From the NCBI GenBank assembly GCA_963837465.1, contig CAWINB010000004.1, positions 394,853-458,852 of the forward strand: DNA of 64,000 nucleotides, in the 5' to 3' direction. The notes under the pieces were generated by a model. The model had not been told where the DNA came from. It did no database searches and was given only the letters and a program-made list of their open reading frames with translations. The position numbers and the translations under genes were made by a program. Shown here piece by piece: positions 19,788 to 28,798 of this stretch (position 1 is the stretch's first letter; each line of letters starts with the position of its first letter). Source of the DNA: Candidatus Doudnabacteria bacterium (GTDB taxonomy: Bacteria; Patescibacteriota; Doudnabacteria; UBA920).

Positions 19788-22124
19788 TTATTCCGAGGTT
19801 TTTTTCTTGCCGAATTTCTTTTTCGGCTTGGGCGGGTTTTCCTTCCAGTTTTTATAAGCTTCGTCCAACTGGGCTTGGCTTTCGGGTTTTATGTTCATTA
19901 CAAAGGTGCAATCCGGAAAGCGGGTACAGGCAAAAAACGGTTTGCCGCGGCCGCGGGATTTTTTTTCCACGACATCGCCGGGTTTATCGCGCCGATTATC
20001 ATCGGCCAGGCACGCCGGGCATTTAAATCCTGTCTTGTTCCATATTTTGGATATGCCTTTGCATTTTGGGTAATCCACGCAGCCCAGGAAAAAGCCGAAG
20101 CGTCCGCGTTTTACTTCCATTGGTTTGCCGCAAATGGGGCACATTTCACCTTTGGTCTTATCCTGTAAGGCCTTAATCTGGGCCGCCTCTTCCGGCATCG
20201 GCAAAGTTACTTTGCTGCCTTCTTCCGGACAGGCCAAAAATTTTCCCATCCGGCCGTATTTTATGAGCATCATTTTGCCGCAGTGCGGGCAGGGGTGGGT
20301 GGAAATTTCAATCTGTTTTTGCACGCTTTTTTCTTTTTCTATCAGGTGCTTTTTGAACGGGCCGTAAAATTCGCGCATTACCTCCACCCACTTAATGGCG
20401 CCGGCGGCAATATCATCCAATTCTTCTTCAATGTGGGAAGTAAAATTAATATCCACTATTTCCGGAAAATTTTCCACCAGCATGTCATTGACCAAAAAAC
20501 CTTCCTCGGTGGGTTTGTACTTTTTGTCTTCTTTGGTGGCGTAGCCGCGGTCCTGGATGGTGGATAGCGTAGGCGCGTAGGTGGATGGCCGGCCCACGCC
20601 GTGGGCTTCCAATGCTTTAATTAAAGTCGCGTCGGTATAGCGCGGAGGCGGCTCGGTAAAATGCTGCAGCGGCAACAGTTCATGTAATTTTAGTATTTCT
20701 TCCGCCGCAACTTCCGGCAGTACGCCCTCTATTTCGTCTTCGGCTTTTTCGTCCTGGCCTTCGGTATAGGCGCGGATAAAGCCGTCAAACTTAACGACTT
20801 GGCCGTTGGCGCGGAAGGTGTAGCTGACTGCTGACTGCTGACTGCTGTTAGTTTGTATATCCACCACCGTTTGCTCCAAAACGGCCTGGGCCATTTGGCA
20901 GGCTATGGCGCGTTTCCATATAAGATCATAAATTTTATACTGGCCGTTATCCAGATACGCTTTAATGTCCGCGGGCTTGCGCGTTACATCGGTCGGGCGG
21001 ATAGCCTCATGCGCTTCCTGCGCGCCTTTGCTTTTATTGGTAAAGTGGCGCGGCTCGCTTAGGGAATATTGTTGCCCAAAATTTTCATCCACAACTTGTT
21101 TTATGGCAAGCAACGCGCTTTGCGCCAGGTTTAAGCTGTCGGTGCGCATATAGGTAATCAACCCCTGGTGGCCTTCGGCTCCAAGCGCTACGCCTTCGTA
21201 CAGTTGCTGCGCAATAACCATGGTTTGCTTGGCGGACATGCCGAACTTGCGCGCGGCTTCCTGCTGCAGCGTGGACGTGATAAACGGCGGCGACGGGTTG
21301 CGCTTAACTTCTTTTTGGAAAATTTCCAAAACTTTATATTCCGCGCCGTTTAAATCGCCGACGATTTTTTGCGCGTCCGCTTGTTTGGCAATACCCATTT
21401 TGCCAATGGCTTTGTCGCCGATTTTGTGGAGTTTGGCGGTGAAGGTTTTATCATCGTTGGACGGCACGCCGCCTGGCGCGGCCGCTACATTATCCATTTT
21501 CGATAATTTCGCTTCAATAGACCAATACTCTTCTTTATTAAATTTCTGGATTTCCCGTTCGCGCTCCACCACCAAACGCACGGCAACCGATTGCACGCGG
21601 CCGGCCGAAAGTCCGTATCTAATTTTTCGCCACAAAAACGGCGACAGTTCATAACCAACCAGCCGGTCCAAAACCCGCCTGGCCTGCTGGGCATCCACCA
21701 GATTTAAGTCCAAATCCCGCGGGTTTTTCATGGCTTCCTCTATGGCCGATTTGGTAATTTCGTGGAAAACAATCCGCTTAATCCTGCCGTCTTCCCTGCC
21801 TTTGGCAATTTCCGCTTCATCACCCAAACCCAAAGCCTGGATAAGATGCCAGGAAATAGCCTCGCCTTCGCGGTCTTCATCAGTCGCCAATATAATAGAG
21901 GGCGCGGTTTTGGCGTCCTTTTTTAACCTGGCCACGACTTCCCTGGCTTTGGGGGGAATAATATAGACAGGTTCAAAGTTGTGTTCAACGTCTATGGACA
22001 GTTTGCTTTTCGGCAAATCGCGCACGTGGCCCATACTGGCCTCCACCTGATATTGCCCGGCCAAAAAACGCGAAATTGTTTTCGCTTTGGTGGGGGATTC
22101 GACGATGATTAAGGGTTTGGACAT
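19788..22124 (-). CDS. topA: DNA topoisomerase I
   Basis: IVESPTKAKTI, ATDEDREGEAI, SAGRVQS, ITYMRTD and C-terminal Zn ribbons. Confidence 0.98.
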   Translation of the reverse strand: MSKPLIIVESPTKAKTISRFLAGQYQVEASMGHVRDLPKSKLSIDVEHNFEPVYIIPPKAREVVARLKKDAKTAPSIILATDEDREGEAISWHLIQALGLGDEAEIAKGREDGRIKRIVFHEITKSAIEEAMKNPRDLDLNLVDAQQARRVLDRLVGYELSPFLWRKIRYGLSAGRVQSVAVRLVVEREREIQKFNKEEYWSIEAKLSKMDNVAAAPGGVPSNDDKTFTAKLHKIGDKAIGKMGIAKQADAQKIVGDLNGAEYKVLEIFQKEVKRNPSPPFITSTLQQEAARKFGMSAKQTMVIAQQLYEGVALGAEGHQGLITYMRTDSLNLAQSALLAIKQVVDENFGQQYSLSEPRHFTNKSKGAQEAHEAIRPTDVTRKPADIKAYLDNGQYKIYDLIWKRAIACQMAQAVLEQTVVDIQTNSSQQSAVSYTFRANGQVVKFDGFIRAYTEGQDEKAEDEIEGVLPEVAAEEILKLHELLPLQHFTEPPPRYTDATLIKALEAHGVGRPSTYAPTLSTIQDRGYATKEDKKYKPTEEGFLVNDMLVENFPEIVDINFTSHIEEELDDIAAGAIKWVEVMREFYGPFKKHLIEKEKSVQKQIEISTHPCPHCGKMMLIKYGRMGKFLACPEEGSKVTLPMPEEAAQIKALQDKTKGEMCPICGKPMEVKRGRFGFFLGCVDYPKCKGISKIWNKTGFKCPACLADDNRRDKPGDVVEKKSRGRGKPFFACTRFPDCTFVMNIKPESQAQLDEAYKNWKENPPKPKKKFGKKKTSE

Positions 22125-22251
22125 AAAAAAAGTGATTAGTGGCTAGCGGTTAGTGGATAGAAAACGCAGATTGCTTATTGATACAAAAGTGAGTTTAGCC
22201 ATAAAAAAAAAGTTTGTCAAACGACGCAACAGTAACATATATAAAAAATGG

Positions 22252-22290
22252 CGTCGTCCTGAGCGAGCCGTTAGGCGAGTCGAAGGATCT
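22252..22290. repeat. REP-like GTC...ATCT palindromic element (related copy at 30651-30684)
   Basis: gtcgtcctgagcgagcc...cgagtcgaaggatct vs gtcgttgcgaggag...cgaagcaatct. Confidence 0.6.
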
Positions 22291-22428
22291 ATGGTCGCTG
22301 ATTTATCGCGGATAAGGACGCTGAACTGGCGCTGAATTTAGGCTTTGTCCATCCCGGAATTTTTTACGTTGACGGTTATCGTAAGCTGTAAAAAATATCC
22401 GGGATCCAGAACAGGTAGTAGTGTTAAT

Positions 22429-23607
22429 TTATGGGTAAAGAACGTTTTGGTCTTGTCCTATTTTATTTAAAATAGTTTTTGTTTCCTCGGCCGTGGCCGG
22501 GCGGGGTTGGGCGGTTTGGATTATGACTGGGATGAGCTCAATGGAATCCAATGTCGCGGGCTGGCGCTGGCCTTGGATATCTGACAGGTTTGCCGCGCCA
22601 GGTGTTTGGGCGTTTTGAAATTTGAAATTTGAAATTTGGATTTTCAACGCCAACCCCTCCATCGTATCCTCACTAAATTCCTGGTCAAACACAAAATTGC
22701 CCAAACTGTAAAAAATGTATTTTCCTTTATATTTTTCAACTGGCTGCTCCCAATGCGGGTGCGCGCCTATGACAATATCCGCGCCGTCATCTATGGCTGT
22801 GTGGGCAAAATTAATTTGCGCCTGGTTGGGCGTGCGGGTGTATTCAATTCCGGCGTGCATTGTGGCGACTACAAAATCACATTCTTGTCTTGCCGTTGTA
22901 ATGGCGGATTTTAGCATGACAGTATTTTCTATGCGCGCCACATAATTGTTGGTGACTTTCCCGCCGTCATTTAAGGAAGAAAACGACGCGCCCACAAAAC
23001 AAATTTTTATGCCGTTGGATGTTACTACTGCCGGAGTCCAGGCTTGATCCAAATTGTCCCCGGTGCCTTCGCGCGCTATGCCCAAACCATCAAGAGTTTT
23101 TATCGTGGCGTCCACGCCCGCAAGTCCCTGGTCAAAAGCGTGGTTGTTGGCCAGGTTAATGATCTGGAAATTGTAATCCTTAAGTCCTGTCAGGTTTTGC
23201 GGAGGGTCGCCAAAAACCAGGGAGTTTCCCCCAATGACTTCGTCCTTGGCTGCCGGCGCCACCGGCCCCTCCAGGTTGGCAAAATTAAAATCCGTGGAAC
23301 GTAAGACACCGGCCATGCCAAGAAACGGGTAATCAACATTGCCGGATTTTTGTATGTCCACGGCCGCGTAGCGCGAAAGCATAATATCGCCGACGGCTAA
23401 AAAGGTTGTGGTCGCGGCGGCAGGAGTTGTCTGATTTTGTGATGATAATTGCCGACTCTCCTGGTAAAAATCGTTTAATGACCCCGATGAAGCCGGTAGT
23501 TTGGAAATGGTGGTACGGGAACCAAAAATATCATGGCGCCAAACTAAAAAACCGCCAATAAGCAGGAGGATAAAAACAGGGATAGTAATTTTCCGGATGA
23601 TTTTCAT
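22429..23607 (-). CDS. CapA/PgsA-family metallophosphoesterase
   Basis: AVGDIML, ANLEGP, LANNHAFD, HAGIEY, IGAHPH and YSLGNFVFDQ. Confidence 0.92.
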   Translation of the reverse strand: MKIIRKITIPVFILLLIGGFLVWRHDIFGSRTTISKLPASSGSLNDFYQESRQLSSQNQTTPAAATTTFLAVGDIMLSRYAAVDIQKSGNVDYPFLGMAGVLRSTDFNFANLEGPVAPAAKDEVIGGNSLVFGDPPQNLTGLKDYNFQIINLANNHAFDQGLAGVDATIKTLDGLGIAREGTGDNLDQAWTPAVVTSNGIKICFVGASFSSLNDGGKVTNNYVARIENTVMLKSAITTARQECDFVVATMHAGIEYTRTPNQAQINFAHTAIDDGADIVIGAHPHWEQPVEKYKGKYIFYSLGNFVFDQEFSEDTMEGLALKIQISNFKFQNAQTPGAANLSDIQGQRQPATLDSIELIPVIIQTAQPRPATAEETKTILNKIGQDQNVLYP

Positions 23608-23833
23608 TTATAGGAGTTTACACCCCGGAATTTTTCACTTCAGCGCCTATTATCAGGTGAAAAATATCCGGCTGGTCCGACAAAGCTTTAGCGACGGCGG
23701 AGGTCCAGGATTAAGCTTGTGTCCGGATCCCGGATATTTTTTGCGGCTTATGAATTACCATCGGCGCAAAAAATTCCGGGATGGACGATTATAGTTGCTA
23801 AAATGTTCTAATGCTTACATGCTCTATGAACTA

Positions 23834-24931
23834 CTACCTAGCCAGCACATACTGCTGTCCGCCCAAATTTTTAACCCGGCCTTTCATTTCCAAAAAAGTC
23901 AGGGCCGAGGTTACGGCCGAAGCTTCCAGTCCGGAAGTTTTTATAAGCTGGTTAATTACCACAGGATCAAAACCAATTAATCTTAGCAAAACCGTTTCTT
24001 CCCTGCTGTCGCCCAAAAGGTTTCGCGCGGCTTGTTGCTGGGGCAGGGTCTTTAAGTTTAAATCTTCCAAAATATCATTGGCCGAGGTTACGGGTTTAGC
24101 GCCCATTTTCAGCAAGTTGTTCGGTCCCTGGCTTTGCGGGCTGTAAATTGGTCCGGGCACGGCGTAGAGCTGACGGTTTTGGTCCAGCGCGTGTTTGGCT
24201 GTTATGAGCGTGCCGCTTTGCAAATCGCATTCTATTACCAAAGTCGCCGGGCAAAGTCCGGAAATAATCCGGTTGCGGGCCACGAAGTTTTGTTTAAAGT
24301 TGGGAGTGCCGATGGGATATTCGGCAAGCAACGCTGCCCCGGCATCCACAATTCGCTTGGCCAATAACGCGTGGTGTTTGGGATAAAGGCTTTTTTCATC
24401 CAGGCCGCCGCCCAGCACCGCTATGGTGCGTCGGCCTTTTTTTATGGCGATTTCGTGGGCCGCGCTGTCCACGCCAAAGGCCATTCCCGAAACCACTACC
24501 ACACCCGCGTCCACCAACGGCTCCGTTAATTGGGAAACCGCTACCCGGCCGTAAGCGGTTATTTGCCGCGTGCCGACCACGGCCACGCACAGCTCGTCAG
24601 GCTGGTCCATTGTTCCTTTGTAATACAAAATTACAGGCAGTTTGGGGATTTCCAACAGCAGCCTCGGATAGTTGGCGCTGTTGTAAGCAAGAATTTTAAT
24701 CCCTTCCCTCTCCAGCTTTTCCTGTTCCTGCTCCAGGTTAATTTCGTCCCTCAAAGCCAAAAATTTTTCCGCGACCTCCGGTTCTATGCCCGCGTTTACC
24801 AGCAGACTCTTTTTAGCTTCAAAAGCCTGCTTGTAATTTTCAAAACCGTTGGCCATTCGCATAAGACGGCCGGGTCCGAACTGGGGCAGCAGGTTAAGGC
24901 CGTGCAAATATAAGGAATCATCAAAAACCAT
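23834..24931 (-). CDS. dprA: DNA-processing protein A
   Basis: VAVVGTR, VSGMAFGVD, F.ARNRIISG, SGTLITA and a C-terminal winged helix. Confidence 0.96.
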   Translation of the reverse strand: MVFDDSLYLHGLNLLPQFGPGRLMRMANGFENYKQAFEAKKSLLVNAGIEPEVAEKFLALRDEINLEQEQEKLEREGIKILAYNSANYPRLLLEIPKLPVILYYKGTMDQPDELCVAVVGTRQITAYGRVAVSQLTEPLVDAGVVVVSGMAFGVDSAAHEIAIKKGRRTIAVLGGGLDEKSLYPKHHALLAKRIVDAGAALLAEYPIGTPNFKQNFVARNRIISGLCPATLVIECDLQSGTLITAKHALDQNRQLYAVPGPIYSPQSQGPNNLLKMGAKPVTSANDILEDLNLKTLPQQQAARNLLGDSREETVLLRLIGFDPVVINQLIKTSGLEASAVTSALTFLEMKGRVKNLGGQQYVLAR

Positions 24932-24961
24932 AATAAAACAAGGATTTTATTAACAAACGGC

Positions 24962-24990
24962 TTGACAAAATTGCCGAATGGGAGTATAAT
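24962..24990 (+). promoter_or_regulatory. Consensus sigma70 promoter with no credible CDS downstream
   Basis: TTGACA-N17-TATAAT. Confidence 0.85.
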
Positions 24991-24996
24991 AACATA

Positions 24997-25140
24997 TCAA
25001 GTACGCTTTTGTGTCCGCTACCCTATCTGCAAGTCGTAAGAGCCGATATCATCCCTCCTATTATCGGCTTGAGCATCAAGCAAAGGTTCGTAGACGATTG
25101 TTTGCGGCCTTTCACTTGCAGGTGGGGTAGTGGGTATAAA
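24997..25140 (+). ncRNA. Candidate structured ncRNA (three-way junction)
   Basis: A 27-bp closing stem (25008-25034/25114-25140) with six G.U pairs encloses two hairpins. The 5' end is inferred from the promoter. Confidence 0.6.
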
Positions 25141-25224
25141 TTTACGAAGTACGAACAGGTGCGAACTTACGAACCAACAAGCGTATCGATTCGTACGTTC
25201 GTAAACTTAGTACTTCGTAAACTC
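25141..25224. repeat. Empty copy of the TACGAA-repeat hairpin element that flanks the GxxExxY gene
   Basis: Arms match 59829-59862 and 60282-60318; a ~15-nt spacer replaces the gene. Confidence 0.85.
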
Positions 25225-25226
25225 CG

Positions 25227-25775
25227 CTAAGATATTATAAATGTTTGAATCTCTTCTTTAATTTTAGGAAATACTTCTTCCCGAAGTTTTTTTATTTCTT
25301 CATCGCTAAAATTTTCTAGCACAAACACGTCGGTCGGCATGTCCAGCCGGGAGGCGCGGGTGTCCACGCCAATTCTGATTCTGTGAAAATCCTGCGTGCC
25401 CAGGTTATCAATAATGCTTTGCACGCCGTTGTGGCCGGCGGCGGAAGATGACTCCGTGGAGCGCGTAACGCCAAATGGCAGGTCAACCTCGTCGTGGACG
25501 ACCAAAAGGTCTTTGGACAAATCCATTTTATAAAAATTACAGATTACTTTTAAAGCCTGGCCGCTGTCGTTCATATAAGTTTGCGGTTTTAAAAAAATAA
25601 CTTTATCCGGCCCGTTCTGCCAGGTGTAAATTTCGGACTTAAATTCACGGCCCGGTTTGGCCGTCATGAATCCATCGCCGTCATTTAAAATAAAATCCAA
25701 AGCCAAAAAACCCACATTATGGCGCGTAGTCTTATATTTCTCCCCCGGATTTCCCAAACCAACAATAAGTTTCAT
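25227..25775 (-). CDS. pth: Peptidyl-tRNA hydrolase
   Basis: LIVGLGNPG, TRHNVGF, KPQTYMNDSG, GHNG and RIRIG. Confidence 0.97.
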   Translation of the reverse strand: MKLIVGLGNPGEKYKTTRHNVGFLALDFILNDGDGFMTAKPGREFKSEIYTWQNGPDKVIFLKPQTYMNDSGQALKVICNFYKMDLSKDLLVVHDEVDLPFGVTRSTESSSAAGHNGVQSIIDNLGTQDFHRIRIGVDTRASRLDMPTDVFVLENFSDEEIKKLREEVFPKIKEEIQTFIIS

Positions 25776-25892
25776 TGGTGCATTCTAGCAAATATTCCTT
25801 TACTTGACAAAAGCGACGGTTTTGCTAATATATAAATACAAACGCCCCGTCCAGCCGTAAGGTCCGACGGGGTTTTGTGTTATAATTAAGCC

Positions 25893-26483
25893 ATGAAGAC
25901 AATACTTTACATTGACGGCAGAAACACGCTCGGAAAAATGGCCTCTATTTTGACGTCCGAAGGCCAGCCTGTTCCCGCTTGGGACACTTACAACTTTAAG
26001 GGGCTATTGGCCAAAGTTTTGGAAGGAATTGCCATTGACGAAATGGTATTTTATTTTGCCAAAATTAAAGAACATCCCGATACTAAAGACAAATCCCAAG
26101 CCTTAATTCAGGCTCGTCGGTTGCTTAAAACCGCACTGGAAAAACAGGGTTTCAAAGTTATTTTGGCTGGCGTAGTCCGTGGCAACATTGCCAAAGATCT
26201 CAGAGGTAAAGAAATTTTAGTCTTTAAGGAAAAAGGTGTTGACGTTAGTATCGCCGTGGATATGGTAGCAGCTGCCTGCGATGGCAATGTAAAAACCGCA
26301 ATCCTTGCCAGTTCCGATTCTGATTTACAGCCGGCCATTCGGGAAATAACAAAACGAAATGTGGAAAGTATCTACCTTGGCTTTGAGCTACAGCCAAACA
26401 AGGGACTGACCGCTACTACCAAACGAACAATTTTAATACGTAATTCCGAAGTCTTGGCTTATACCAAAGCAAAGCCGCTTTAA
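25893..26483 (+). CDS. NYN-domain (PIN-like) ribonuclease
   Basis: YIDGRN, EKGVDVSIAVD and SSDSDLQP. Confidence 0.9.
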   Translation: MKTILYIDGRNTLGKMASILTSEGQPVPAWDTYNFKGLLAKVLEGIAIDEMVFYFAKIKEHPDTKDKSQALIQARRLLKTALEKQGFKVILAGVVRGNIAKDLRGKEILVFKEKGVDVSIAVDMVAAACDGNVKTAILASSDSDLQPAIREITKRNVESIYLGFELQPNKGLTATTKRTILIRNSEVLAYTKAKPL

Positions 26484-26520
26484 TAAAAAGGTGCTATAAT
26501 ATGTCCGTAAGTTTAACTTT

Positions 26521-27108
26521 ATGAACAAAGTTTACGCATTTAAAACTGAACAACGAACCAGCGTAGCTATCACTGTAATTGTCGGCTTGATAATTGTTAT
26601 TTTATCAATTGGTTTATTTTTTATCACTGCTCGTCCCATAGGCAACCCTTCCGGTACCCCAGGATATTTTTTGACACAACTTATATATACATATCCCGTA
26701 TTGGGTTTAGTTATCGGCGGCTGTTTAATTTTTTTCAGTATGCGCCCATTCTTAATTAAGTTAAAAATTGCTGATGGCATTTTGCGAATAAGAAATTTTT
26801 TAAATTTAAATCAAATCGAAATTGAAAAGATAACTGAAATTGGGAATAGATACGAAATAAAGAAACCCAGTTGGCGTGGACTTCTACCCTCATCCGTTAG
26901 GCAATGCGGTTTGTTGATAAAAGAACAAAGCGGCAAAATATATGAAATTCCAAGAGATATTCAAAAACCTCAACAATTTATTTCAGATTTGCAAAAAATT
27001 AATCCCCACATTGTTTATAACGAAGGTTTAAGCCAACAATCTAAAGCCCAAATCGAAAAAGAAATTAGTGAAACTTCCGACACTAAAAGGGGTAGTCTTT
27101 TTAAATAG
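26521..27108 (+). CDS. Hypothetical 2-TM membrane protein
   Basis: 195 aa, two TMs then a soluble domain; AT-rich. Confidence 0.65.
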   Translation: MNKVYAFKTEQRTSVAITVIVGLIIVILSIGLFFITARPIGNPSGTPGYFLTQLIYTYPVLGLVIGGCLIFFSMRPFLIKLKIADGILRIRNFLNLNQIEIEKITEIGNRYEIKKPSWRGLLPSSVRQCGLLIKEQSGKIYEIPRDIQKPQQFISDLQKINPHIVYNEGLSQQSKAQIEKEISETSDTKRGSLFK

Positions 27109-27225
27109 TTTTTCATTTCAAGAACTTACAAAATAAGTTCCTACTTGGTCAAAAACAGTAATAAGCCCAATTTATAATTTTATAACAATACGCAGTTCTG
27201 AATGCATCCAACGATGGGAGGGAAT

Positions 27226-27266
27226 AAAATAACAGAAACTTACCTAAGGTAAGTTTCTGTTATTTT
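27226..27266. terminator. Bidirectional terminator-like palindrome
   Basis: aaaataacagaaacttacc-taa-ggtaagtttctgttatttt between convergent genes. Confidence 0.75.
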
Positions 27267-27275
27267 TGGATACGG

Positions 27276-28730
27276 TTAACTTTTATCCTTCCCCTGCAAC
27301 CGTAAAGTAATGGGGGTGCCCCAGAAGCCGAGTTCTTTAATGAGGGAGTTTTCCAGGAATTTACGGAATTGTTGGGAGATGGCTGCGGGGTGGTTGACCA
27401 GGAGTTCAAATTTTGGCGGGTTGGTTTCCGTTTGGCGGAGGGAAAAAACTTTGGGTTTTTTTTGGTCGCGCAACAGTTTGGGCGGATTTTTTTTCATAAC
27501 TTTGGCCAAAAATTCTTTTAAGACATCGGCGTCAATTATTTTGTGCCTGGTTTCGTAAATGGGTTTTATGGCCGAAAGAGCCTCCTGCAAACCTTTGCCC
27601 GTAACCGCCGAGACAAAAAACATCGGGCACATCCAAAAAAACGGGAAGTGGGTGGAAATGTAATCGCGGATGCTGTTGTAGTCGTCATCTTTTCTGCCGG
27701 AAAGCGACCGTGGTTTTGGTTTATTACCCTTTTTCTCTAAAGCTGCCTCGGGCGCCAAATCTATCTTGTTGGCTAAAATTACGCAGCCCTTTTGCATATT
27801 TAAAATTTCTCCGGCAATATGCTGGTCCTGTTTGGTAATTTCTTCGGTGGCGTCAATAACCAAAAAGCAGACGTCGCTGCGCCTGATGGACTTAAAGCTC
27901 TGGAAGCCGGAAAAAACATCAGGCTCGGCCTGGCGGTGATCTTTTCTTTTTAGGCCCGCGGTGTCGATAAAAGTATAATCCGTGCCATCCATCGTTATAT
28001 TTTCGTCTATGGCCGCGCGCGTGGTGCCGGGCACCGGCGAAACAACGACCCGTTCTTTTTTCAGGATGGCGTTAAACAGGCTGGACTTGCCGACGTTGGG
28101 TTTGCCGACAATGGATACGGCGATTGTATCGGGGTTTTGTAGGGGCAGAGCTTGCTTGTCCGCCGTAGCTTTAGCGTAGGAGGGCTCGCCCGGTTGATCG
28201 GATAGCGGGCGGCCAAGGCCAGCCCCTACACCCAGTTTAGCAGCCACCGCGTCCAGCATATCGCCTATGCCGCGTCCGGAAACCGCCGAGACGCCGAAGG
28301 AAGGCTTTACGCCCAGGCGGGAAAATTCACCGAGCGTTTCGGCCCAGGTTTTCGGCGAGTCCAGTTTGTTGACGCAGAGCATGACAGGTTTTTTGGCGGC
28401 GCGGATTTTTTTTAACACTGTTTTGTCGACGGCCATAACTCCTTCTTTGCCGTCGGCTACAAAAATAATTACATCGGCTTCGGTTAAAGCAACATCAATT
28501 TGTTTGCCGACATTTTTTTCCAAATCCCCGCCGTGGTCAAAACCCAGGCCCGCGGTATCCACCAAAGTAAAAGCCGCGCCGTTCCAGGCAGTGTCAATGT
28601 ACTGGCGGTCGCGGGTCGTTCCGGCGACTGCTGAGGTTACAGCCAGGGAACGGCCGGTTATTTTGTTTAGCAATGTGGATTTGCCGGCGTTGGGCTGGCC
28701 GACGAGGGCGACTATGGGAAGAGGTTTCAT
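27276..28730 (-). CDS. der: Ribosome biogenesis GTPase Der (EngA)
   Basis: Two G domains (GQPNAGKS/DTAG/NKLD and GKPNVGKS/DTAG/NKID) plus a KH-like CTD. Confidence 0.96.
   Translation of the reverse strand: MKPLPIVALVGQPNAGKSTLLNKITGRSLAVTSAVAGTTRDRQYIDTAWNGAAFTLVDTAGLGFDHGGDLEKNVGKQIDVALTEADVIIFVADGKEGVMAVDKTVLKKIRAAKKPVMLCVNKLDSPKTWAETLGEFSRLGVKPSFGVSAVSGRGIGDMLDAVAAKLGVGAGLGRPLSDQPGEPSYAKATADKQALPLQNPDTIAVSIVGKPNVGKSSLFNAILKKERVVVSPVPGTTRAAIDENITMDGTDYTFIDTAGLKRKDHRQAEPDVFSGFQSFKSIRRSDVCFLVIDATEEITKQDQHIAGEILNMQKGCVILANKIDLAPEAALEKKGNKPKPRSLSGRKDDDYNSIRDYISTHFPFFWMCPMFFVSAVTGKGLQEALSAIKPIYETRHKIIDADVLKEFLAKVMKKNPPKLLRDQKKPKVFSLRQTETNPPKFELLVNHPAAISQQFRKFLENSLIKELGFWGTPITLRLQGKDKS
28138..28230. 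repeat. In-frame 93-bp composite palindromic insert inside der
   Basis: Outer ends tgtaggggc...gcccctaca, with a nested 30-nt element encoding PSYAKATADK. Confidence 0.75.
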
Positions 28731-28798
28731 CCAGGCATTTTAGCATTTAAACATAGAAGCATACAAGCACGGGGTCATTGGATCATGTGAGCATTAAA

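Noticed and set aside
25009-25230. 73-aa ORF, or 5S/SRP RNA, in the dprA-pth gap
   Set aside because: The ORF runs through a hairpin and a repeat element, and the hallmark 5S and SRP domain IV motifs are not evident.
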